DNA of 49,534 nt from Candidatus Sysuimicrobiota bacterium (GTDB lineage: Bacteria; Sysuimicrobiota; Sysuimicrobiia; Sysuimicrobiales; Sysuimicrobiaceae). Positions within the stretch are counted from its first letter, which is position 1. The number at the start of each line of letters is the position of its first letter. Below the pieces are notes generated by a model. The model searched no databases, was not told the DNA's origin, and saw only the letters and a list, made by a program, of their open reading frames with translations. Shown piece by piece: positions 8,126 to 18,351 of this stretch. Location of the stretch: the NCBI GenBank assembly GCA_040289515.1, contig PSLI01000012.1, positions 1 through 49,534 of the forward strand, read 5' to 3'. The position numbers and the translations under genes are program-made.

Positions 8126-10732
8126 TCACGCGGGGACCGGTGCCTTGCGTTCGATGGCCAGGGTCCCACCCCGAACGGTGACCACCGCTACGTCCCCCTC
8201 CCGCACCTCGCCGCGCAGCACCATGCGGCTCAGGGGATTCTCCACGGCCCGCTGGATGAGCCGCCGCAGGGGTCGGGCGCCGTAGTCGGGGTTGTAGCCC
8301 TCCTGGGCCAGCCACGCCCGGGCCTCCGGGGTAACCTCCACCCGGATCTTCAGGTCCTGCAGGCGCCGCTCCAGCTGGGCCACCTGCAGGTCCACGATCC
8401 GCTCCAGTTGCGCCTTCGACAGGGGCCGGAACACCAGGATCTCGTCCAGCCGGTTCAGAAACTCCGGCCGGAAGGTGCGCCGCACCTCGTCCAGCACGTA
8501 CACCTTCGCCAGCTCGAAGCCCGCGGGGTCCTCCGGGTCCAGGTGCTGCAGGTGCTGGCTGCCCACGTTGCTGGTCAGGATCAGCACCGTGTTCTTGAAG
8601 TCCACGGTCCGTCCCTGGCCGTCCGTGAGCCGGCCGTCCTCCATCACCTGCAGCAGCACGTTCAGCACGTCGGGGTGCGCCTTCTCCACCTCGTCGAACA
8701 GCACCACCCGGTAGGGCCGCCGCCGCACCGCTTCGGTGAGCTGGCCGCCCTCCTCGTAGCCCACGTACCCGGGCGGGGCTCCCACCAGTCGGGAGACGGT
8801 GTGCTTCTCCTGGTACTCGGACATGTCGATGCGGACCATGGCCTCCTCGGAGTCGAACAGCACCTCCGCCAGGGCCCGGGCCAGTTCCGTCTTGCCCACC
8901 CCCGTGGGGCCCAGGAACAGGAAGCTGCCGATGGGGCGCTTGGGGTCCTTCAGGCCCGCCCGCGCCCGCCGGATGGCGTCCGCCACCGCCTGCACCGCTT
9001 CCTCCTGGCCCACCACCCGCTGGTGCAGCCGCTCCTCCAGGTGAAGGAGCTTGTGCATCTCGCCCTCCATGAGCCTCGTCACCGGGATCCCGGTCCACCG
9101 GCTGACCACCTCCGCGATGTCCTCCGCGTCCACCTCCTCCTTCAGCAGGCGCCCGGGTCCCAGCTGCTGGAGCTCCGCCTCCGCGGCCGCCAGTTGCTTA
9201 TCGAGCTCCGGCAGCGTCCCGTACCGGAGGCGCGCAGCCCGCTCCAGGTCTGCCACCCGTTCCGCCTGCTCCAGCTCCACCTTGGTGCGGTCGATGTCTG
9301 CCTTGATCTGGCGGATCCGCTGCACGATCTGCTTCTCCCGCTCCCACCGCCGCCGCAGGACCTCGCTGTCCTGCCGCAGCCGGGTGATCTCCTGCTCCAA
9401 CTTCGCCAAGCGCTCCTGGGCGGCGGGGTCCGTCTCCTTCCGCAGGGCCTGTCGCTCGATCTCCAGCTGCATGATGCGCCGGTCGATCTCGTCCAGCTCC
9501 GCGGGCTTGCTGTCGATCTCCATGCGCAGCTTGGCCGCAGCCTCGTCGATGAGGTCGATGGCCTTGTCGGGCAGGAACCGGTCGCTGATGTACCGGCTGG
9601 AGAGGGTGGCGGCGGCGATCACCGCGGCGTCCGTGATCCGGACCCCGTGGTGGACCTCGTACTTTTCCTTGAGGCCGCGGAGGATGGAGATGGTGTCCTC
9701 CACGGAGGGCTCGCCCACGAACACGGGCTGGAATCGGCGCTCCAGGGCAGGGTCCTTCTCGATGTGCTTGCGGTACTCGTCCAGGGTGGTGGCCCCGATG
9801 CAGTGCAGCTCACCCCGGGCCAGCATGGGCTTGAGGATGTTGGCGGCGTCCATGGCGGCGCCCTCCACGGCGCCCGCCCCCACCACCGTGTGGATCTCGT
9901 CGATGAACAGAATGATCTCGCCCTGGCTACCGGCAATCTCCTTCAGCACCGCCTTGAGGCGCTCCTCGAACTCCCCCCGGTACTTGGTGCCCGCCACCAG
10001 GGCTCCCATGTCCAGCTGGAAGATGCGCTTGTGCTTCAGCTGCTCGGGCACATCGCCCCGGACGATGCGCTGGGCGAGTCCCTCCACGATGGCAGTCTTG
10101 CCCACCCCGGGTTCGCCGATGAGGACGGGGTTGTTCTTCGTGCGCCGGCTCAGCACGTGGATGACCCGCCGGATCTCCTCGTCGCGACCGATAACCGGAT
10201 CCAGCTTCCCCTGTCGGGCCAGCTCCGTGAGGTCGCGGCCGTAGCGCTCCAGCACCTGGTACTTGGCCTCCGGTCGCGGATCGGTGACCCGAGCCTGCCC
10301 CCGGATCTCCGACAGGGCCCGCAACACCGCCTCCTTGGTGACCCCGTTCTGCTGCAGCACGCGGCCTGCCCCTGTCTGCGGGGCGTCGGCCAGGGCCAGG
10401 AGGAAGTGCTCGGTGCTGGTGTACTCGTCCCCCATGCGCTGGGCCTCGCGCTCCGCCGCCTCCCACACCCGCCGCAGGCCGGGCCCCAGGTACAGCTCCG
10501 CGGTCCCGTGCACCTGCGGCAGCACCCTCAGAGCCTCCTCCACCTGCTGGCGAATTTTGGGTACAGCAGCGCCGGCCCGTTCCAGCACCTGGGGGACCAC
10601 CCCCTCGGGCTGCTCCAGCAGGGCCACCAGGAGGTGTTCGGTCTCCACCTGCGGGTGGTGGCGCTCCCGGGCCAGCTCTTGCGCCCGCAGCAGGGCTTCC
10701 TGAGATTTCTCCGTCAGCTTATCCCAGCGCAT
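8126..10732 (-). CDS. clpB: ATP-dependent disaggregase ClpB
   Basis: Two AAA+ modules (GEPGVGKT and GPTGVGKT), [10 protein letters not shown], and a long coiled-coil middle domain. Confidence 0.97.
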   Translation of the reverse strand: MRWDKLTEKSQEALLRAQELARERHHPQVETEHLLVALLEQPEGVVPQVLERAGAAVPKIRQQVEEALRVLPQVHGTAELYLGPGLRRVWEAAEREAQRMGDEYTSTEHFLLALADAPQTGAGRVLQQNGVTKEAVLRALSEIRGQARVTDPRPEAKYQVLERYGRDLTELARQGKLDPVIGRDEEIRRVIHVLSRRTKNNPVLIGEPGVGKTAIVEGLAQRIVRGDVPEQLKHKRIFQLDMGALVAGTKYRGEFEERLKAVLKEIAGSQGEIILFIDEIHTVVGAGAVEGAAMDAANILKPMLARGELHCIGATTLDEYRKHIEKDPALERRFQPVFVGEPSVEDTISILRGLKEKYEVHHGVRITDAAVIAAATLSSRYISDRFLPDKAIDLIDEAAAKLRMEIDSKPAELDEIDRRIMQLEIERQALRKETDPAAQERLAKLEQEITRLRQDSEVLRRRWEREKQIVQRIRQIKADIDRTKVELEQAERVADLERAARLRYGTLPELDKQLAAAEAELQQLGPGRLLKEEVDAEDIAEVVSRWTGIPVTRLMEGEMHKLLHLEERLHQRVVGQEEAVQAVADAIRRARAGLKDPKRPIGSFLFLGPTGVGKTELARALAEVLFDSEEAMVRIDMSEYQEKHTVSRLVGAPPGYVGYEEGGQLTEAVRRRPYRVVLFDEVEKAHPDVLNVLLQVMEDGRLTDGQGRTVDFKNTVLILTSNVGSQHLQHLDPEDPAGFELAKVYVLDEVRRTFRPEFLNRLDEILVFRPLSKAQLERIVDLQVAQLERRLQDLKIRVEVTPEARAWLAQEGYNPDYGARPLRRLIQRAVENPLSRMVLRGEVREGDVAVVTVRGGTLAIERKAPVPA

Positions 10733-10769
10733 GGCAACTCCCCTCGCTTTCCTGGCTTCCGCTTCTCCG

Positions 10770-11675
10770 TCACTTCAGCCCCATGCTGGCCCGCGGGTTT
10801 TCTCGCCGCAACCGGGCCAGCTGCTCCACCAGCCGCCGCTCCTCCGGGGACAGCCCGCGCGGCAGCACCACCTTCAGCCGCACCAGCAGGTCGCCCCGCC
10901 CGCCCCGCAGCTTCGGCATCCCCAGCCCCCGCAGCCGCAGCACCTGTCCGTGCTGCGTCTCCGGGGGAACCCGCACCTTCACCTTGCCCTCCAGGGTGGG
11001 CACCTCGATCTCCGCCCCCAGGAGGGCCTCCGTGAGGGACACGGGAACCTCGCAGATTAGGTCATCGCCCTCGCGGGTGAACACGGGGTGCGGCTGGACC
11101 CGAACCTCCACCAGTACATCCCCGTCCCCGGCCCCCCGCACCCGCACCTTCTGGCCGGTGCGGACCCCCGGGGGGATCCGCACCCTCACCCTGCGCGCGA
11201 ACCCGTTGCGTACCAGCAGCTCCCGCTCGGTGCCCCGGAAGGCCTCCTCCAAACTGATCTCCGCGGTGGCGCTACGGGGCGAGGAGGGCCACGGGGCGCT
11301 GACATCGAAGGGCTCCATCCCCAGACCCACGAAGAAGGTCCGGAAGAACTCGGAGAAGCCCCCGAACAGGTCCTGCGGCTCTCCAAACCGTACCGTCCAC
11401 TCCTCTGTGCGGCCCCCGCCGGGACGGGTGAACACGGACTCCCAGGGCATCCCCCGCTCCCGGAGCTCCAGCATCTGGTCGTAACGGGCCCGCTTTTCCG
11501 GGTCGCTGAGGACCTGGTAGGCCTCGTTGATCTCCTTGAACTTCTCCGCGGCCTGCGGGTCCTTGTTGACGTCCGGGTGGTACTGGCGCGCGAGGCGGCG
11601 GAAGGCTTCCCCGATGGCCTTGCTGTCCGCCTCCCGGTCCACGCCCAGGATGCGGTAGTAATCCTTGAACTCCAC
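10770..11675 (-). CDS. DnaJ/CbpA-type co-chaperone (class B, no zinc finger)
   Basis: J-domain with HPD, a G/F-like linker and DnaJ C-terminal domains. No CxxCxGxG repeats. Confidence 0.92.
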   Translation of the reverse strand: MEFKDYYRILGVDREADSKAIGEAFRRLARQYHPDVNKDPQAAEKFKEINEAYQVLSDPEKRARYDQMLELRERGMPWESVFTRPGGGRTEEWTVRFGEPQDLFGGFSEFFRTFFVGLGMEPFDVSAPWPSSPRSATAEISLEEAFRGTERELLVRNGFARRVRVRIPPGVRTGQKVRVRGAGDGDVLVEVRVQPHPVFTREGDDLICEVPVSLTEALLGAEIEVPTLEGKVKVRVPPETQHGQVLRLRGLGMPKLRGGRGDLLVRLKVVLPRGLSPEERRLVEQLARLRRENPRASMGLK

Positions 11676-11692
11676 GGTCGGTCACCCGCCCG

Positions 11693-12289
11693 TCACTGGG
11701 CCACGCGCACCCGTGCGGGGCGCAGCACCCGGCCATCCAGCAAGTACCCGTGCTGCACCACGCCCAGCACCGTCCCGGGTTCCGTGCCCGCCTCCTCCGC
11801 GGAGGCCAGCTCCACGGCCTCATGGCGCGCGGGGTCGAAGCGCTCCCCCGTGGCGTCCATGCGCTCCACCCCCAGCGCCCGGAGCTGCTCCAGCAAGGAT
11901 CGGTGGGTCATCCGCAACCCTTCCAGGATGCCCGCCACCGCCTCGTGCTCCGCAGCCCGCTCCGCGTACGCGATGGCCCGCTCCAGGTCGTCCACAGCAC
12001 CCAGCACCACCAGCAGCATCTGCCGGCGGGTGCGCTCCACCGCATCCTGCTGCATGCGCGCTGCGGCCTTCTTGTAGTTCTCCAGGTCCGCGGCCGCGTG
12101 CAGGAACTGCTGCCAGTTGCGCTCCGCCTCCTGACGGTAGCGCTCCACCGCCGCCCGGAGGGCGGCCACCTCCTGCGGATCCGCCGGGGGCGACTCCTCC
12201 GGTCCGGGCTCGGGCGCGGACGCCGCCGCCTCCGACACGGTGGCGGCCTCCAGCTCCATCCCCTCGCGCTCCGGACGCTCCTCCGACAT
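11693..12289 (-). CDS. grpE: nucleotide exchange factor GrpE
   Basis: Motifs ADLENYKK, FDPARHEA and GYLLDGRVLRPARVRV. Confidence 0.95.
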   Translation of the reverse strand: MSEERPEREGMELEAATVSEAAASAPEPGPEESPPADPQEVAALRAAVERYRQEAERNWQQFLHAAADLENYKKAAARMQQDAVERTRRQMLLVVLGAVDDLERAIAYAERAAEHEAVAGILEGLRMTHRSLLEQLRALGVERMDATGERFDPARHEAVELASAEEAGTEPGTVLGVVQHGYLLDGRVLRPARVRVAQ

Positions 12290-12305
12290 AATCCACCACC
12301 CTCCG

Positions 12306-14189
12306 CTAGTCGCTGGGCTTGTAGTCCGCGTCGATCACCTCGCCGTCGCCCTTGGCCTCCCCGCCGCCGCTGCTGGCCCCCGTGGCAGCGCCCCGGTACA
12401 GCAGCTCGCTCAGCCGGTAGGTGAGCCGCTGCACCTCGTCCGACAGCTGCCGGACCCGGGCCACGTCCCGGGCCTGCACCGCCTGCCGCAGCTGGGCCGC
12501 CTTCTCCTCCAGCTCCCGGCGCTGGGCCTCCGGGACGCCCTTCGCCTGGTCCCGTAGCAACCGCTCCGTCTGGTAGGCGAGGCTGTCCCCGCGGTTGAGG
12601 ATCTCCGCCTCCTCCCGCCGGCGGCGGTCCTCCTCCGCGTGCGCCTCCGCCTCCCGGATCATGCGCTCCACCTCCTCCCGGGTGAGGGTGGAGGTACCGG
12701 TGATCTTGATCGACTGCTCCCGTCCGGTGGCCAGGTCCTTGGCGGACACCGCCAGGATGCCGTTGGCGTCGATGTCGAAGGTGACCTCAATCTTGGGCAC
12801 CCCGCGCGGCGCCGGCGGGATTCCGTCCAGGATGAACCGGCCCAAGGTGCGGTTGTCGCGCGCCATGGGCCGTTCGCCCTGCAGCACGTGGATCTCCACC
12901 TGCGTCTGCCCGTCCTCCGCGGTGGTGAAGGTCTCGCTCTTGCGGGTGGGGATGGTGGTGTTGCGCGGGATCAGCACCGTCATCACCCCGCCCAGGGTCT
13001 CGATGCCCAACGACAGCGGCGTCACGTCCAGCAGCACCACGTCCCGCACCTCGCCCGCCAGCACACCCGCCTGGATGGCGGCGCCGATGGCCACCACCTC
13101 GTCCGGGTGCACCTCCTTGTTGGGCTCCTTGCCGGTCAGCCGCCGCACCAGCTCCTGGATCATAGGCATGCGGGTGCTGCCCCCCACCAGGATCACCTCG
13201 TGCAGGTCACGCTCGGTGAGCTTGGCGTCCTGCAGGGCCTGCCGGAAGGGGCCGATGCACCGCTCCACCAGGTCCGCGGTGAGTTCCTCAAACCGGGCCC
13301 GGGTGAGCACCATGTCCAGGTGCTTGGGCCCCGTGGCGTCCGCGGTGATGAAGGGCAGGTTGATGGTGGTCTGGACCATGGCGCTGAGCTCGATCTTGGC
13401 CCGCTCCGCGGCCTCCCGCAGCCGCTGCAGCGCCTGCCGGTCCTGCCGCAGGTCGATCCCGTGCTGCTTGCGGAACTCCTCCGCCAGCCAGTTCACGATG
13501 CGCTCGTCCCAGTCGTCGCCACCCAGGTGGGTGTCCCCCGCGGTGGCCCGCACCTGGAACACGCCCTCCCCGATCTCCAGCACGGACACGTCGAAGGTCC
13601 CGCCCCCCAGGTCCCACACCAGCACCACCTCCGAGCCCTTTTTGTCCAGGCCGTAGGCCAGGCAGGCGGCGGTGGGTTCGTTGATGATGCGCAGGACCTT
13701 CAGACCCGCAATCTCCCCCGCGTTCTTGGTGGCGGTCCGCTGGGCGTCGTTGAAGTAGGCAGGCACGGTGATGACCGCGGCCTCCACCTTCTCGCCCAGG
13801 TAAGCCTCCGCGTCCTCCTTCAGCTTCTGGAGGATCATGGCAGAGATCTCCTCCGGGGTGAAGGTGCGGCCGGCGGCGGGGATCTCCACCACTGCCATCC
13901 CGTGCTGCCCTTCCACCACCTTGTAGGGCACCATCTTCCGCTCCGTCTCCACTTCGTGGAAGCGGCGCCCCATGAACCGCTTGATGGAGTAGATGGTGTT
14001 CTCGGGGTTCAGGATGGCCTGACGCTTGGCCATCTGGCCCACGAGTCGCTCCCCAGTCTTGGTGAAGGCCACCACGGAGGGTGTCAGACGACTGCCCTCC
14101 CGGTTGGGGATCACCACCGGCTCTCCCCCGACCATGGCGGCGATAACGGAGTTGGTGGTCCCGAGATCAATCCCCACGACCCTGCCCAT
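12306..14189 (-). CDS. dnaK: chaperone DnaK (Hsp70)
   Basis: Motifs [25 protein letters not shown] and [11 protein letters not shown]. Start placed at ATG 14189 after AAGGAGG. Confidence 0.98.
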   Translation of the reverse strand: MGRVVGIDLGTTNSVIAAMVGGEPVVIPNREGSRLTPSVVAFTKTGERLVGQMAKRQAILNPENTIYSIKRFMGRRFHEVETERKMVPYKVVEGQHGMAVVEIPAAGRTFTPEEISAMILQKLKEDAEAYLGEKVEAAVITVPAYFNDAQRTATKNAGEIAGLKVLRIINEPTAACLAYGLDKKGSEVVLVWDLGGGTFDVSVLEIGEGVFQVRATAGDTHLGGDDWDERIVNWLAEEFRKQHGIDLRQDRQALQRLREAAERAKIELSAMVQTTINLPFITADATGPKHLDMVLTRARFEELTADLVERCIGPFRQALQDAKLTERDLHEVILVGGSTRMPMIQELVRRLTGKEPNKEVHPDEVVAIGAAIQAGVLAGEVRDVVLLDVTPLSLGIETLGGVMTVLIPRNTTIPTRKSETFTTAEDGQTQVEIHVLQGERPMARDNRTLGRFILDGIPPAPRGVPKIEVTFDIDANGILAVSAKDLATGREQSIKITGTSTLTREEVERMIREAEAHAEEDRRRREEAEILNRGDSLAYQTERLLRDQAKGVPEAQRRELEEKAAQLRQAVQARDVARVRQLSDEVQRLTYRLSELLYRGAATGASSGGGEAKGDGEVIDADYKPSD

Positions 14190-14247
14190 GTGTGCTCCCT
14201 CCTTGGAGGGGGGGCGGCCTCCAAGGGCCACCCCCCCGCTTTGCAGC

Positions 14248-14700
14248 TCAGCTCACCTCCACCTTCACCTGCTTGGGCTTGGCCCGCTCGCTCTTGGGCA
14301 CCCGTACTTCCAGCAGGCCGTTGCGGAAGGTGGCCTTCGCGGCGTCCGGCTTCACCTCCGCGGGCAGCGCCACCGTGCGGGAGAACTGACCGTACCGCAG
14401 CTCCCGGCGGAGGTAGTTGCGGCCGCGCTCCTCCTGCTCCTCCCTCGCCTCGGCCTCCACGGTAAGGGTGTTGTCCTGCACGGTCACGTTCACGCTCTTG
14501 GGGTCCACCCCCGGCAGCTCCGCCCGGACCACGACCTCGTGGTCCGTCTCGTACACCTCCACCGCGGGCTCCCACACCACGGGCTCCCGCGCCTCCCGAC
14601 GCCGCGCCGGCCGCCGACCCGTGAGCTCGTCGAACAGCCGGTCAATGGAACGCTGCATCTCCCGCAGCTCCTCGAAAGGATCCCACCGCAGGATGCTCAT
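14248..14700 (-). CDS. small heat shock protein Hsp20
   Basis: Starts MSILRWDPF and carries an alpha-crystallin domain ([31 protein letters not shown]). The start overlaps the upstream regulator stop. Confidence 0.95.
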   Translation of the reverse strand: MSILRWDPFEELREMQRSIDRLFDELTGRRPARRREAREPVVWEPAVEVYETDHEVVVRAELPGVDPKSVNVTVQDNTLTVEAEAREEQEERGRNYLRRELRYGQFSRTVALPAEVKPDAAKATFRNGLLEVRVPKSERAKPKQVKVEVS

Positions 14701-15017
14701 CGGCGTCCCCTCCTTTCTGTGTGGGTTTCGCACAGCTCCAGCAACCACTGGGCCACCTCCTCGTGCCGCTCCTGGATCTCCAGGAACAGACGCACCCCCG
14801 CCAGGTTCAGCCCCACCTCCTGCGTCAAGTACTGGATCAACCGCACCCGCTGCACGTCCCGCTCACTGAACAGCCGGATGTGCCGGCGGCGAGCGGGCCG
14901 GATCAGCCCCTTGGCCTCGTAGATCCGCAGCGTCCGCGGGTGCACCCCCGTCAGGGCCGCCGCCACGCTGATCACGTACACGGGCAGTTCCTCTCGACGG
15001 ACGTTGCGGTCGGCCAC
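14697..15017 (-). CDS. hspR: MerR-family heat-shock repressor, HspR-like
   Basis: Motifs PVYVISVAA, GVHPRTLRIYE and LTQEVGLNLAGV. First gene of the chaperone operon. Confidence 0.88.
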   Translation of the reverse strand: MADRNVRREELPVYVISVAAALTGVHPRTLRIYEAKGLIRPARRRHIRLFSERDVQRVRLIQYLTQEVGLNLAGVRLFLEIQERHEEVAQWLLELCETHTERRGRR

Positions 15018-15046
15018 GGCCTAACCTCGCCTACCCGGTCCATCCC

Positions 15047-15090
15047 CAGGTTATGAGATTGACAATGGTATTGTCAAGCTATTTGACAAA
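15047..15090 (-). promoter_or_regulatory. heat-shock operon promoter with overlapping inverted repeats
   Basis: Minus strand has TTGACA (15072-15077), an 18 bp spacer and TAACCT. Palindromes TTGACA-N7-TGTCAA (15059-15077) and TTGTCAA-N5-TTGACAA (15071-15089) lie in an AT-rich island. Confidence 0.7.
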
Positions 15091-15114
15091 GGAAGGTCAC
15101 GCCTGCGCCGGTCT

Positions 15115-16560
15115 TCACCGGGGGCGTGGCGTAGCACCCGCAGGCCAGCGCACCTGGGCGGCCTCGTACGGGAACGGTGCGCTCCACCCTTTCGGGGCGG
15201 GCGGGTAGTCCGCCTCCCGCAGGTCCGGCCGCTCCGCGGCCTGCCCCGCGTGCACCCGCAAAAACACGCCGCCGGGTGTGACCCGCTCCACGTCCTCCAA
15301 GGGAATCACCACGCGCCGTTCCCACAGGGGGCCGGCAGCGAAGGGCGGTGCCCCGGGGTCCGGGAAGTCCCCCGCCACCACCACCGCGACGACCCGTCGG
15401 CTGTCCGGGTCCACCACCACGCACTCCACGCGGCCCACCTCCTGGTCCGTGGCGTACACCGCCTGCCCCACCTCCGGCTGCACCACCTGGCGCCATGAAG
15501 GCGGGATCTCGAGCCCCGTCATGTGGTTGGCAATGCCCCGCACGCCCGGAACACGGGCCACAGCCCGCTCCAGGGCCCGCGCGGCTTCCAGGGACGGCAC
15601 CGTCCCCGTGAGCTCCACCACCCCGTCTCGCACCCTCAGGAAGTAGCCCCGCAGATGCCGTGTGGCGGGATCCGCCTGCACGGAGGCCACCACCTGCTGC
15701 AGCAGCTCGTGGTCTACCACCAACTCGTCTTGCACGCCCTGAACGCCGGGCACCGACCGGACCACCTCTTCCGCCCGCGCGGCCAGGGCGTGGTTGTGCA
15801 CGTGCCCCCGCAGCCGCACCACCCCGTCGGAGACCTCCGCGCGCACCGGCGCCGCCAGCACCCGGAGCAGCTCCTCGCGCTGCAGCGCCTCCTCCACGTC
15901 TTGCTCCAGCTCGTCGTCCGGCCGGTAAACAGGCAGCCGCGCCACCGCGTCCCGGGAGGCCTCCAGGACCACCCCCCCATCCTCGACCGTGGACACCCAG
16001 TCCGCGGGCACCGCCACGTCCCGGGAGAACAGCAGCCCCTGCCGAACGACCAGGTGCTTGACCAGCCCCGTGGCGGCGTCCACCAGTACCTGGTCCACCC
16101 GACCGATGGGCCCGTCGCTGGCCAGGACCCGCTGGCCTCGGCGGATCACCACGGGACGCTCCTCCGGCCGCGCCTCCGCGGGCCCGGTGATCTGGCGCTC
16201 CAGCCCCTCCAGCCGGCGCAGGGAACCGGGCAGGGCCAGCCACGCCCCGCCCTCCCGCAGGCGTCGCCACCCCGGCCACGACAGCGCCGCGGGCGCGTGC
16301 GCCTCCGCGCGCCAGTCGGGCAGCCGCTCCAGTTCCGCCAGGGATCCGCGCACCCACACCGCGTCCTCCGTGGCGTCGCGCACCGACTCCGCCGGCAGGT
16401 GCACCGTGCGGCCCGACGCCAGCTGGACACCCACAGCCACCACCCGCCGCTCCCGGGGGCTCACCACCACCTCCGTCACCCAGCCCACCACGCCGTCCTC
16501 CGCGTGGACGGCAGCCCCCGGCCGGATCTCCAGCCGTGCCGAACGCTCCGCCGTGCCCAT
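15115..16560 (-). CDS. PRC-barrel and BON domain protein
   Basis: Three PRC-like repeats (V.A.DG..G.V..VVVDP) flank two BON domains (V.DGVV.L.G.V...VPGV..V.DEL). Confidence 0.8.
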   Translation of the reverse strand: MGTAERSARLEIRPGAAVHAEDGVVGWVTEVVVSPRERRVVAVGVQLASGRTVHLPAESVRDATEDAVWVRGSLAELERLPDWRAEAHAPAALSWPGWRRLREGGAWLALPGSLRRLEGLERQITGPAEARPEERPVVIRRGQRVLASDGPIGRVDQVLVDAATGLVKHLVVRQGLLFSRDVAVPADWVSTVEDGGVVLEASRDAVARLPVYRPDDELEQDVEEALQREELLRVLAAPVRAEVSDGVVRLRGHVHNHALAARAEEVVRSVPGVQGVQDELVVDHELLQQVVASVQADPATRHLRGYFLRVRDGVVELTGTVPSLEAARALERAVARVPGVRGIANHMTGLEIPPSWRQVVQPEVGQAVYATDQEVGRVECVVVDPDSRRVVAVVVAGDFPDPGAPPFAAGPLWERRVVIPLEDVERVTPGGVFLRVHAGQAAERPDLREADYPPAPKGWSAPFPYEAAQVRWPAGATPRPR

Positions 16561-16651
16561 CGATCGCCCTCCGCGGTATACTCGTCCCGCCTCCCAATGT
16601 GCGGGGTGCAGACAGTGTAGTCAAGCCGTTTGGCTTGACAGAGGAGGAAGC

Positions 16652-17512
16652 GTGACAGTCCTGGACATCCTGTGGCTCTTCTTCATCGCCTCGGCTCTGC
16701 AGCCCCTCCTGCAGCGGCGATGGCTGGAGGCGGCGCGCGTGCGCCTGATCCACGAGCTGGAACGCCGGCGGGGCTCGCGGGTGATCGCCCTCATCCACCG
16801 CCAGGAGACCATGAGCCTGCTGGGGTTCCCTTTGGTTCGCTACATCGACATCGACGACTCCGAGGCCGTCCTCCGGGCCGTACGCTTCACCCCCCCAGAG
16901 ATGCCCATCGATCTCATCCTGCACACCCCGGGCGGCCTTGTGCTGGCCGCGGAGCAGATCGCCCGCGCCTTGCAGGCCCACCTGGGCAAGGTCACGGTGT
17001 TCGTGCCCCACTACGCCATGTCCGGAGGAACCCTGATCGCCTTGGCCGCGGACGAGATCGTCATGGACCCGCACGCGGTCCTAGGGCCCGTGGACCCGCA
17101 GCTGGGCCAGTACCCCGCGGCGTCCATCCTGAAGGTACTGGAGCGCAAGAACATCAACGAGGTGGATGACCAGACAGTCATCCTGGCGGACGTTGCCGAG
17201 AAGGCGCTCCGGCAGGTACGGGCCGCGGTGCGGGAGCTGCTGGCGGATAAGCTGCCACCGGAGCGGGCGGAGGCGGCGGCCGAGGCGCTCAGCTGCGGCC
17301 GGTGGACCCACGACTACCCCATCACCGTGGAGGAGGCCCGGGAGCTGGGCCTGCGGGTGTCCACGGAGATGCCGCAGGAGGTGCACCGCCTCATGGCCCT
17401 GCACCCGCAGGCGGGGCCTCGCCGACCGTCGGTGGAGTACGTGCCCATCCCGTACGCCCCACCTGCCCCGCGGCCCGCGCCGGGGCGCGGCCCCAGCCGG
17501 GCGCGGGAATAA
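16652..17512 (+). CDS. ClpP-class serine protease (SDH_sah / S49-like family)
   Basis: GTG start after GGAGG. Motifs IHRQETMSLLG, LILHTPGGLVLAA, PHYAMSGGTLIALAAD, LGPVDPQ and WTHDYPI. Confidence 0.88.
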   Translation: MTVLDILWLFFIASALQPLLQRRWLEAARVRLIHELERRRGSRVIALIHRQETMSLLGFPLVRYIDIDDSEAVLRAVRFTPPEMPIDLILHTPGGLVLAAEQIARALQAHLGKVTVFVPHYAMSGGTLIALAADEIVMDPHAVLGPVDPQLGQYPAASILKVLERKNINEVDDQTVILADVAEKALRQVRAAVRELLADKLPPERAEAAAEALSCGRWTHDYPITVEEARELGLRVSTEMPQEVHRLMALHPQAGPRRPSVEYVPIPYAPPAPRPAPGRGPSRARE

Positions 17513-17526
17513 AGCAAGGCAGGCCA

Positions 17527-18351
17527 TCACCGCATGAGCCCCGGGGCTGTGGGTGCCTGCTCCGCAGGCCGTGCCACGGGCGGAGTAGGCGCCGGCACCG
17601 ACGGACGGGCCCTCCGGTACTCCGGCTTCCACCGCAACCACCATCTCTCCAGAGAGCCAAAGGCCCAGAACAGCACCAGAATCACCCCCACCACGAGGGC
17701 CACCAGGGCGAGGGTCAACGCGGCATTGTAGGTGCTCTGGGCGAAGGACAGAAGGTACCCCAGGCCCTGGCTGGAGGCCACGAACTCGCCCACCACAGCG
17801 CCGGTAAAGGCGAACCCCACCGCCACCTTCAGGCCGCTGGCCACCCACGCGGTCACCGAAGGCACGTACACTTCCCGCAGTACCTCCCGACGCCCCCCGC
17901 CCAGGGTTCGCACGCGCTCCACCAGGCGCCGGTCCACCTCCCGGATCCCTGTGTAGGTGGCGAAGAACATGACCACCATCACCAGCACGAAGCTTAAGGC
18001 CACCTTCGACGCCATCCCGATCCCCAGCCAGATGACAAACACCGGGGCCAGGATCACCCGTGGGATGGCGTTCAGCAGCGCCATGGCTGGCTCCAGCGCC
18101 TCCGCGAGAGGTCGGAAACTGGCGCACAGCAAGCCCAGGGTAGCCCCCACACCCGTTCCCAAGCCGAGGCCCGCCAGCGCCTCCGTCACCGTTACCCGGA
18201 AGTGGGACCACACCTGGCCGGTGCGAGCCAGCTCGTACAGGACCCAGCCGACCGCGCTGGGCGGCGGAAACAGCACCGGGTCCAGCCACCGTGCCCGTGC
18301 GGACAGCTCCCAACCACCGAACAACAGCACAAGGGCCACCAGGCGGCTCAT
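17527..18351 (-). CDS. ABC transporter permease (SsuC/NitT/TauT type)
   Basis: Hydrophobic protein with FPPPS, LNAIPRVILAP and GAVVGEF..S.QGLG. Confidence 0.9.
   Translation of the reverse strand: MSRLVALVLLFGGWELSARARWLDPVLFPPPSAVGWVLYELARTGQVWSHFRVTVTEALAGLGLGTGVGATLGLLCASFRPLAEALEPAMALLNAIPRVILAPVFVIWLGIGMASKVALSFVLVMVVMFFATYTGIREVDRRLVERVRTLGGGRREVLREVYVPSVTAWVASGLKVAVGFAFTGAVVGEFVASSQGLGYLLSFAQSTYNAALTLALVALVVGVILVLFWAFGSLERWWLRWKPEYRRARPSVPAPTPPVARPAEQAPTAPGLMR

Noticed and set aside
8105..14465. Very long + strand ORFs (e.g. 976 aa and 608 aa) opposite clpB and dnaK
   Set aside because: Antisense shadows expected from high-GC codon bias; no motifs.
15047..15090. CIRCE (HrcA) or CtsR operator
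   Set aside because: No TTAGCACTC-N9-GAGTGCTAA and no tandem direct GTCAAA heptads.
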